The notes under the pieces: model-generated | Database searches by the model: none | Seen by the model: only the letters and a program-made list of their open reading frames with translations | What the model was told of the DNA's origin: nothing | In this document: positions 17,554 to 26,000 of the stretch, piece after piece | How the letters are laid out: every line of letters begins with the position of its first letter | How positions within the stretch are numbered: the stretch's first letter is position 1 | Source of the DNA: Armatimonadota bacterium | GTDB taxonomy: Bacteria > Armatimonadota > SYMT01 | NCBI GenBank assembly: GCA_046292385.1 | Contig: JBKBRF010000001.1 | Coordinates: 223,305 to 287,304, forward strand | Reading direction: 5' to 3' | Length of the DNA stretch: 64,000 nt | Program-made: the position numbers and the translations under genes

Positions 17554-19416
17554 ATGCGCGACAGAGAGCATACACTGGCACGACGGCGGCCGCGCGGCGC
17601 TGCTCGGCGGGGCTTCACGATCATCGAGATGATCGTGGTCATTGCCATCACCGCACTCCTGATGACGATCCTGTTCGTTCCGCTCTCCCGCACGCTCGAC
17701 CTGGTCTCGCGCGGCAACGCCCGCGTGACGAGTCAGGACAGCGTGCGGGCGGCGATGCGGACGGTGCGCCGGGACCTCTCCAACGCGATGCAGGTCTTCC
17801 CGCCGCGCCCCATTCACATCTGGGGCTACCGGGACTGGACCTACGACAACCGGAAAGACCGTCCGGAGCCGCTGCCCAACAGCCCTTCGGAGCGGTACCT
17901 GGTGGAGAACGGGGTCTTCGCCTTCCGTTTGCCGAAGCACCAGTACCACTGCCCGCGCTTCGATCACACCATCCTCCCCACGGAGGCGGATCCGAACCTG
18001 GCGCTCGACACCTGCCCGCGCCACCTCGGCTCTCCCATCGAGATGCGCCCGCTCTCGCCGCTGGAGCCGGACGATAAGATCGTCGCCTACTTCCTGGCGC
18101 TGAAAGATCCGACCGTGACAGACGGGCAGGGCCTCCCGCAGTACCGGAATATCGCGCTCTTCAGCAACGTCGCCACCAACACGCTGAACACCTACACGCT
18201 CTACCGGCTGGAGTTCGACCCCCGGCTGCCGCAGTTCGCCCGCTGGACCATCGACGCAGACGGAGATGGTCAGGTCGACGATCCGAATCCGAACTTCTTC
18301 TACGAGACCCAGAACGTGACGGGTCTGGTCGGGGGCCAGCAGGTGACCCTGCCGGCGTATCAGTGGTGGCGGGACGCGTCTCGCGTGGTAGTGAACCAGC
18401 AGCAGTCCGACATGGTGAAGTGGCTGGCGAGCGGAGCGAAGTGGCTGCCGCACCCGATTACCACCATGGGCCCGGCACCGGTCTCCGATGCCGACCTGCT
18501 GCCGAACCGGAACGTCGGCCTCTTCAACCAGGACGGCTCCACGCTGCCGGCGTCGATCCCCTCCGCGGAATACCTGGCCGAGTTCGGGCACTGGCTGGGG
18601 CTGGAGAATGACGGCCAGGGACTGATCCCGGCCACCTGGGTGATCAAGCCGGACGGTCAGACCGGGACCTATCTCCGCGGGCCTCGCATCCAGATCTTCG
18701 ACTTCAGCCTGGCTCCGGCGCAGCAGCTAGTCTTCGACTCTGCCGATGCCACGCGCCGCAACCGGCTGGTCTCCTATGACTCGATGACCGGGCGCGTCAC
18801 CTTCGCGATGCGGCGGTTCAACTACGGCACCAACGATCCGGTGCTGATGGAGCACTATTCGGCTCCGGCGCCGAGTGCCGCCAATCTCTACACGGTCGAC
18901 CTCACGCTGGACCAGGTCAGCGACCCGAACAACATGCCGAGCAGTTTCGGCGCCGCGAAGGTGTGGGAGGGGAACAATGCGCTGCGCCAGGGAACATCGC
19001 TGATCGTCCCCGGGTCAGAAGAGGTGCAGCTCACCTTCCAGCCGGCGAGCGGCCCGCGCGAGGTGGAGATACTGCGACGGGTGGGGTGGACCGGCCTCGG
19101 CAACGGGGTAGACCGGTACGTGGCGCAGGCAGACCTGGCGCCGGACGAGTACACCATCGACTACCGCACCGGCATCATCGGACTCGCCGACCGCGATCCC
19201 AACCGCTGGAGCGGGGTGGCCCCGGGCGGCCAGCGCCAGCTCCTGGTGAAGCACCGCTTCCAGACCAACCGGCCGGGCGACGTGGTGAAGGCGAGCTTCG
19301 TCACCCAGGAAGCGGCCCTGGCGAACCTGGGTCTGGTGGAGTTCACCCGCGCCAAGGGTGAGAAGCTGCCGTTCGAAGTCTCCGAGCGGATCGTTATCCG
19401 GAACCTCAAGCGATGA
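17554..19416 (+). CDS. Giant PilW-like prepilin (620 aa)
   Basis: RRG|FTIIEMIVVIAITALLMTIL...SQDSVRAAMRTVRRDLSNA (PilW/GspJ-like helix). Confidence 0.75.
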   Translation: MRDREHTLARRRPRGAARRGFTIIEMIVVIAITALLMTILFVPLSRTLDLVSRGNARVTSQDSVRAAMRTVRRDLSNAMQVFPPRPIHIWGYRDWTYDNRKDRPEPLPNSPSERYLVENGVFAFRLPKHQYHCPRFDHTILPTEADPNLALDTCPRHLGSPIEMRPLSPLEPDDKIVAYFLALKDPTVTDGQGLPQYRNIALFSNVATNTLNTYTLYRLEFDPRLPQFARWTIDADGDGQVDDPNPNFFYETQNVTGLVGGQQVTLPAYQWWRDASRVVVNQQQSDMVKWLASGAKWLPHPITTMGPAPVSDADLLPNRNVGLFNQDGSTLPASIPSAEYLAEFGHWLGLENDGQGLIPATWVIKPDGQTGTYLRGPRIQIFDFSLAPAQQLVFDSADATRRNRLVSYDSMTGRVTFAMRRFNYGTNDPVLMEHYSAPAPSAANLYTVDLTLDQVSDPNNMPSSFGAAKVWEGNNALRQGTSLIVPGSEEVQLTFQPASGPREVEILRRVGWTGLGNGVDRYVAQADLAPDEYTIDYRTGIIGLADRDPNRWSGVAPGGQRQLLVKHRFQTNRPGDVVKASFVTQEAALANLGLVEFTRAKGEKLPFEVSERIVIRNLKR

Positions 19417-22400
19417 TGAGCGCCATGCGAACTAGAGCCAGGACCGGGTGGGCGAGGGGCCGGCGCGGGCAGACGATCGTCGTGGCGATCGCCATCCTGT
19501 TTCTCCTCATCCTCGTCGGCTCGATCTTCATCACGACGGTGGTGCAGAACCTCCGCCGGGTTACTGCCCAGGGGGAGCGGAACGACGCGCTCACGCTGGC
19601 GCTCGCCGGCCTGCGCTACGCGGGACAGCAGTTTGCCGCCAGCCCCGCGGGGGCCGACTGGCGACCGACGCCGACCGAGGCACTGTGGCGCACCCCGGTG
19701 CCGCCGGCGACGATCTTTCGTGACCAGCTTCCCCCCAATACGCCGGGGGACCTGAACGGCGACCAGGTGCTCGACGCCAACGAGATCCGCCTGCTCGACC
19801 CGGACTACAAGTGGCTGAGCGACGACGGCACCTACCGCCGTCCCTTCGTTCGCGTTCCGACGGGCCGCGGCCGGTTCCTGGTGCGCGTGACTTACATTCC
19901 GCGCTACGAGGCGTCCGGTCCGAACGCCGTCGAGTTCGCGCAGAACTCCGGCCTGATCCACGTGGAAGCGGTGGGCCGCCCCGGCGAGCTCGATCCGAAC
20001 GACCCGACCTTCTACACCTCCGACCCGACCGGCAACACGCAGGGTGGAGAAGTGGTGGGGCCGTATCGCAAGGTCGACGCCTACGTGCCGATGGGCCTGG
20101 TGGACCAGCTCTGGTGGGTGACCAACCGCACCAGGGAGCGGGGCCCGGCGACCCTGGGCGTGCCCGGCTTCCGGGACGGCCTGGCGCGTGGGGTCGAGTT
20201 CCCGGCGGTGTGGGAGGGCGGCATCCGCAGCGATACCGATCTCCAGCTCCAGGGCCAGAACAACGTGCGGCTCTACCCGTCCCGCGGGGAGGGGGTCTTC
20301 GTGAAGGGCGAGCTCCGGCTTAGCCCCCGCGGCAATACCGCGCAGCCGCGCCCGCAGCTCGAGCTGCAGGTGCTGGAGGACAGCGGAGAGACAGCTGGGA
20401 CCGCCCCGGATGGAAATCCGATTATTCCGTCGGAGAACTTCGACGATAATCCGGGTAACGACTCGCTCATCATCCGGGTCGATGCGGACCCGCTGATCGC
20501 GAACAATGGTCTCGCCTCGGTCCTGCTCTACACCCCGGGCGGGAGCCAGCGGCGCGTGCTGCTGGACGAGCGGCACCTGCGGAGCGATCCGGAGCTGGCC
20601 GCGCGCAGCACCCGCATGCAGCCGCCGCCGGACCTGACCGCGGGCGACCCGACCACCGGGATGAACCGCTGGCTGCTCCTCACCCGGGAGACCGGCGGCA
20701 TGCTGAGCATTCCGCAGCAGGGCGAAGCGACGCGCCTGGTGCGGGCCGGCTGGTATGGCCTGGTCGATCAGAACCTGTCGCCGACGATCCGCGCCCAGGG
20801 GCTCTACCTCGATAACCACGGCGACATCCAGTATCCCGGCGACCGCTCCGCAGTGAAGGACGAGTGGCTGCGGCGCGGCAACTCCGACACCCGGAACCGC
20901 GGCTGGCTGGGCGACTACTACGTGCCGAGCGTGGAAGAGGGCGGCACCCTCCACCCGATCGCGGAGGTGGCGCTGGTCGACGTGCATTCGAACCCGAACG
21001 ACCCGAGCTCGCCGCGCGTGCCGAAGATCCGGATCACACGCTACGACCTGGATCAGCGGCACATGAACCTCCAGGGGGCCGTGGGCCGGCAGCGGTTGTT
21101 CTACCGCCACGACGGCACCCAGCTCGTTCCCGTCGGCTACACCCGCGAGTTCGACTATCCCTCCAACGGCGTCTTCTTCGCCGAGGGGAGCATCCGCCTC
21201 CGCGGGCGGGTGGGAACCGAGACCGACCCGAGGCAGCTCACCATCGTCTCCGGCGGCACCATCTATGTCGAAGGCAACATCGTCAAGCCGCACCGCGCCT
21301 CCTTCGTGGGGCTGCTGGCGCGCGACTACGTGACGCTCAACCCGACCGCCTTCACGCGGGTCCAGCCGGGCAGCGACATCCTGGTCGAGGCGGACACCTT
21401 CGACACGGACGGCCGCCCGGTGGGCTACCACTTCACGGTGCAGCAGGGGAGCGACCTCGACTTCTCCTTCCAGTCCGCCGAGCCGCTCGGCAGCGGCATG
21501 ATCCACGTGAAGCACTCCGCCGCTTACGAGGCGGACGGCTCCCAGACCGCCGTCACGCTCAACCTGCCGCGGCTGGCGCCGAACGCCGACCAGAATGGCT
21601 GGCCCGCGTGGAACACCGATCGGTACGACTTCGGCGCAAACCGTCCGCCGGGCGATCCGCCGGCGGGGCTGACGCCGTACACCGGCGTATCGCAGCTCTT
21701 CTACCTGTTCCGGAAGTTCTCGCCGGGTGAATTCCGCGACCAATCCGCGGAGGACCCCCAGAGCTACGCCGAGTCTAACTTCCAGACGCCGCTCGGCACG
21801 CAGACGCCGCGCTTCGAGCGCAAGACGTTCTTCCTGCCGCAGCTTGGCTCCGGCGGCGCCGTGCGGCCTGGAATGGACGCGACCTACCGGCTGGTGGTCG
21901 GCTCCCAGGACGACGGCTCCGGCAACCCGGTGACGCAGCCGAACGGGCAGCCCTACTGGCTTTCCCGGATCGCGGTGCTGCCGCAGGACCGGCCGCTGCC
22001 GATCAAGATCGAGGCGGTGATGTACGCGCAGAACGGCTCCTGGTTCGTGATCCCGCCGCCGTACTTCAACGACAACCCGACGGACACGCGGGCGGAGTTC
22101 GCTTCTACGGGTCGCCGCCCGATCGGCACCTTCCCGCGGAACACGGACCATTACCCGTTCTACAACGAGCCGCTGAACATCGAGGTGCAGATCAACGGGT
22201 CGATGACGGAGAACATGCCGGCCGCGCCGAGCGAGCAGGCCGCGTGGGTGAACCGGACCTGGATCCACGATCCGGGCTACGACCCGGGCGTCTTCCCGCT
22301 CCAGGGCCGCCCGCCGTTCTCCCCGCGGCTGCGCTACCGCTACGACTCCGATCTGAAGCGGATGGTCCGGGCCCGCATCCCGCGGCTCGGCCAGGAGTTC

Positions 22401-22586
22401 ATCGTGTGGACGGCGCCCACCGCGCCGCCGGTGAACGGAATGATGACGGTGGATCAGGTCATCGCCTTCGCCCGCGGCAACGATCCGAACACGAACCAGC
22501 CGATCAACAGCTACGTGGAGTTCCTGCCGGTGCTGCCGCGGATGCCCGCCGGCACGCTGGTCTACGAGGGCAATCCGCAGCAGTAA
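19413..22586 (+). CDS. Giant PilX/GspK-like prepilin (1057 aa)
   Basis: RRG|QTIVVAIAILFLLILVG lacks Glu5 (a PilX/GspK hallmark); ALTLALAGLRYA resembles the PilX N-terminal motif; ATGA overlap with the upstream gene. Confidence 0.7.
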   Translation: MMSAMRTRARTGWARGRRGQTIVVAIAILFLLILVGSIFITTVVQNLRRVTAQGERNDALTLALAGLRYAGQQFAASPAGADWRPTPTEALWRTPVPPATIFRDQLPPNTPGDLNGDQVLDANEIRLLDPDYKWLSDDGTYRRPFVRVPTGRGRFLVRVTYIPRYEASGPNAVEFAQNSGLIHVEAVGRPGELDPNDPTFYTSDPTGNTQGGEVVGPYRKVDAYVPMGLVDQLWWVTNRTRERGPATLGVPGFRDGLARGVEFPAVWEGGIRSDTDLQLQGQNNVRLYPSRGEGVFVKGELRLSPRGNTAQPRPQLELQVLEDSGETAGTAPDGNPIIPSENFDDNPGNDSLIIRVDADPLIANNGLASVLLYTPGGSQRRVLLDERHLRSDPELAARSTRMQPPPDLTAGDPTTGMNRWLLLTRETGGMLSIPQQGEATRLVRAGWYGLVDQNLSPTIRAQGLYLDNHGDIQYPGDRSAVKDEWLRRGNSDTRNRGWLGDYYVPSVEEGGTLHPIAEVALVDVHSNPNDPSSPRVPKIRITRYDLDQRHMNLQGAVGRQRLFYRHDGTQLVPVGYTREFDYPSNGVFFAEGSIRLRGRVGTETDPRQLTIVSGGTIYVEGNIVKPHRASFVGLLARDYVTLNPTAFTRVQPGSDILVEADTFDTDGRPVGYHFTVQQGSDLDFSFQSAEPLGSGMIHVKHSAAYEADGSQTAVTLNLPRLAPNADQNGWPAWNTDRYDFGANRPPGDPPAGLTPYTGVSQLFYLFRKFSPGEFRDQSAEDPQSYAESNFQTPLGTQTPRFERKTFFLPQLGSGGAVRPGMDATYRLVVGSQDDGSGNPVTQPNGQPYWLSRIAVLPQDRPLPIKIEAVMYAQNGSWFVIPPPYFNDNPTDTRAEFASTGRRPIGTFPRNTDHYPFYNEPLNIEVQINGSMTENMPAAPSEQAAWVNRTWIHDPGYDPGVFPLQGRPPFSPRLRYRYDSDLKRMVRARIPRLGQEFIVWTAPTAPPVNGMMTVDQVIAFARGNDPNTNQPINSYVEFLPVLPRMPAGTLVYEGNPQQ

Positions 22587-22617
22587 AGGCAGAAGTAAGA
22601 AGGCAGAAGGCAGAAGG
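22585..22617 (+). repeat. Left arm of a heptamer inverted repeat flanking the four-helix-bundle gene
   Basis: AAAGGCA GAAGTAA GAAGGCA GAAGGCA GAAGG, starting within the upstream TAA stop. Confidence 0.85.
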
Positions 22618-22637
22618 ACCGTGACGGAGACTGCTAC

Positions 22638-23006
22638 GTGATCCCAGGTGGCAGTGGTGAGCGCGATCTCCACGGACGTACAAAGCGGTATGCGCTGGAG
22701 ATTATCCGGCTTTGCGGGCGCTTGCCCAGGACCAGCGTTGCGCAGGTCCTGGGCAAGCAGCTACTTCGTTCGGGAACGAATCCCGGGGCGCAGTATCGGG
22801 AAGCGCAGCGGTCCCGGACTCCGGCGGAGTTCGTGAGCAAGCTGGGAGTGGCTCTTCAGGAATTGGAAGAGACCGGGTATTGGTTGGAGTTGTTGACGGA
22901 GAGCGGCGTAGTCCCGCCCGCCGAAACCGAGCGGCTTGTCACGGAGACACGTGAGCTGACCGCCATTTTCGTCACGATAGTCCGCAGAGCGAAGGCCCGC
23001 GACTGA
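22638..23006 (+). CDS. Four-helix-bundle protein (23S rRNA intervening-sequence protein / Avd-like family)
   Basis: DLHGRTKRYALEII..., QLLRSGTNPGAQYREAQRSRT.AEFVSKL.VALQELEETGYWLELL...ETRELTAIF; more AT-rich codons than its neighbours. Confidence 0.9.
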   Translation: MIPGGSGERDLHGRTKRYALEIIRLCGRLPRTSVAQVLGKQLLRSGTNPGAQYREAQRSRTPAEFVSKLGVALQELEETGYWLELLTESGVVPPAETERLVTETRELTAIFVTIVRRAKARD

Positions 23007-23018
23007 GCTGGTTCGGAT

Positions 23019-23051
23019 CTTTTGCCTTCTGCCTTTTGACTTTTGCCTTTT
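23019..23051 (+). repeat. Right arm of the heptamer inverted repeat flanking the four-helix-bundle gene
   Basis: CTTT TGCCTTC TGCCTTT TGACTTT TGCCTTT T; complementary to 22585-22617 with G:U pairs. Confidence 0.85.
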
Positions 23052-23065
23052 GGACGAGGTGTACG

Positions 23066-26000
23066 ATGCTCAGACGAGCCGGATTCATCCTGATCACAGT
23101 CGCTCTCATGGCAGCAGGGTCGCTGCCGATGGCGTGGGCCGCGCGGTTCACGCAGGGGCGCACGCGTCAGTTGAAGGTCTGCGTGCTCACCATCCCCACC
23201 CCGAGTGAGCCCGGGAGTCCGATGGCGCAGCCGGATCCGGACGCGGTGAGCCAGACCCGGAGCCCCAACCCGTATCCGTACGTCTTCTACGTGCTGCAGA
23301 ACCGGGGCGACCTGAAGCCGGACGGCTGGAGCTTCGTCAACCCGGCGGCGCCCGCCACGGTGTCGCTGGAGCAGGCGGTCCGCTGGGGCGTGGCACAGGG
23401 CACCGCCCTGAAGCCGGACATGGCGGCCTACTGGGAGACGCCGCTCAACGAGCGGAACATCAACGTGCTGCGGCAGATGGACGTGGTCTACCTGCCGATC
23501 GCTCGCAACCCGGTGCTCTTCACGGAAGACCAGCGCCGAATGCTCACCACGATGGCGGACAGCGGCGTGACGATCTGGGTCGACTGGGCGCTGCCGGCCG
23601 CGACCGCCAACGACGCGATGGGCGGTCCGAACCCGCTGACCCGGGATCCGTTCTTCACGAACGTCGACTTCGGCACGGTAGGGGGGACCGCCGCGGTGCC
23701 GCCGGTGCGCCACCCGCTGCTGGAGGCGCAGTACGTGCTGCAGGACCAGGAAGTGCTGCAGGTCGGCTCGCTCTACGGCACCGCGACGGCCCCGGGTGCC
23801 AGCCGCGCCGTGCAGACCCGCGGCGACGCGCAGCCGACCGCCAACTTCACCACCGTGATTCCCAACTCCGTGGCTCCCACCCACCTGGGCGGCTACGTGG
23901 TGGCCGCGCGGATGGGCGCCGGCTACGTGATCGGGACCGCGGGGAACGTCGGCGGCGCGCTGGCGGGGCAGATCCTGACCCCGGCGAACGCGGCAACCGT
24001 GCGGAACCAGCCGGTCGACCTGAACCGCGCGCAGGACGAGGACCTCAAGTTCGCCTACAACATCTTCGCCTGGCGCACCGAGGCGGCGACCGTCTCCAAG
24101 GACGCGCGCCATACCGGTGAGACCAACGTCCACGTTCAAGGGCTCATCGAGCAGGGCAACTTCCCGCACCTGCTCTACCCCGGCTCCGCCGGCCAGCCGT
24201 GGATCAACTACGCCACCTACGCCGCCGCCAACCCGGCCCAGCTCCTGCCGAACCCGAGCAGCCCGCTGATCATGAACGGGGTGGTGGTGGCGGCGACCCG
24301 CTACCGCGACGCCGGCAACAACCCGGTCAGCGAGCTGAACGCGTTCCAGACCGATCCGAAGGACGACTTCGACTCCAACGGCTACCTGGACGACCCGATT
24401 CCGAGCGACGCCACGCCGCCGAACGAGCTGAAGGACTTCTCCCTCGGGCAGCCGTACGACCGGATTCTGCGGCTCCCGCTCGGACCGAATACCGTGGTGA
24501 CTGGGCTTACCTCCGGCGAGATCCCGGACATCACCGGCGCGGGCGGCGCGCAGTCGTACGTCTTCGCCACCGCCAACACCGGGCTGCTTTCCTTCTCCGC
24601 CCCGCGTCCCGGCGTGCCGATGCCCACCAACACCCAGCTCGCGCCGGCCGTGCCGATGAGCTACACCGGACCGGCGGCGTTCGCGAACATCCCGGGCCCG
24701 ATCATCAACAACCAGCCGTGGGTGAGCAGCCAGCTCTACGCGGGTGGGGTGGTCAACAGCGGGTCGCCGTTCGGCGGGAGCTCCAACGGTAAGGTGATCG
24801 CGTGGAACGTGGCGTTCGACGGGAGCCTGAACAACGGCGCCCTGCCGACGCCGAGTGCCGGGCCGGCCTGGTACTATCCGGCCAACCAGGAGGCAAACCG
24901 GATGGGCCCGGTGGCCGGGCCGGTTACCGTGGCGCAGGTGCAGGATGCCGCCACCGGCGCGATCGACACGCTCGTCTTCACGACCTCCGTCTCCTCCGGC
25001 GACTCCGCCGGCGACGTCCAGGGCAACCAGGGCGGCGATACCACCGGCAAGGTGCAGGGCTTCATCGTGGCGACGCGGGGCGACGTCCTCGCCTTCCCGC
25101 AGGGCGCCAACGCGCCCGGCGGCGGCAACCCCACGGCGGGCCGGCGCTTCGTGAGCAGCCGCTGGCAGAACCTGGCGCCGGGCTCCGGCGCGCCGCCTTC
25201 CGCCCAGGAGCTGCGGATCGATCCGCTCAAGCACGTGGAGGTGCGCGTGATCAGCCGCGCGACCGGCTACGTGGAAGGACGCTACTTCGCGCCGCAGCCG
25301 GGGCAGACGTTCAACGCCACGCAGCACATCCGGCTGCTGCCGGACGGCGTGGGCGGCCAGTTCGAGCTGCCGGAGCCGCCTCCCGCGTTCGTCTCGCCGA
25401 CGATCCCGGGCCAGTGGGACCTGAATCGCTTCATCCTGGTGGCGGACTACTCCCCGCTGCCGGTGCCGGTCGATAACAACGCCGGCCTCTCCATGCGGCC
25501 GCGGTTCAACCCGAGCACTCCGTACGAGCGGAACGCGAACGGCTCCGTGCAGAGCCAGATCCAGCCGACCGGCGTGGCCGGCGGCGTAGCGGTGGGCAAG
25601 GACAACCTGATCTACTACGGCACCGGCATCGGCTTCATGTGCGCCGCCGAGATGCGTAAGGGCCAGGCCGCCTTCCGCTGGAAGATGCGCGCGCAGGAGT
25701 ACCTGGACGGCTCCGGCCGCAGCAGCAACGTCGACCCGACGAGCGGGGCGTATCTGAACGACTACGCCTTCACCGCGGCGCCCGCGGCCGGCAGCCACAT
25801 CGTCTTCGCGGCGAGGGGCCGGGGCGGCCCGGGTCGCGTCTACGTCTTCGACCCGAACGCCACGATCCGCTTCAAGCTGCCGATCCCGCAGGGCTCCCTG
25901 AACCCCACCCTGGCGCGGGAAGTCTCAATCCAGGCGGACCACGGCGTCGGCGTCAACCCGAACGACCCGTATCTCTTCGCGGAGCAGCAGCCCTGGGGGC

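Noticed and set aside
22638..23006. Diversity-generating retroelement (Avd-like gene next to adhesin-like genes)
   Set aside because: No reverse transcriptase in the window and no TR/VR pair differing at adenines was seen.
19161..25798. Very long antisense ORFs (1170 aa and 980 aa) and other shadow ORFs
   Set aside because: Expected mirror frames of high-GC coding sequence; Arg/His/Gly-rich with no motifs, and opposite well-supported genes.
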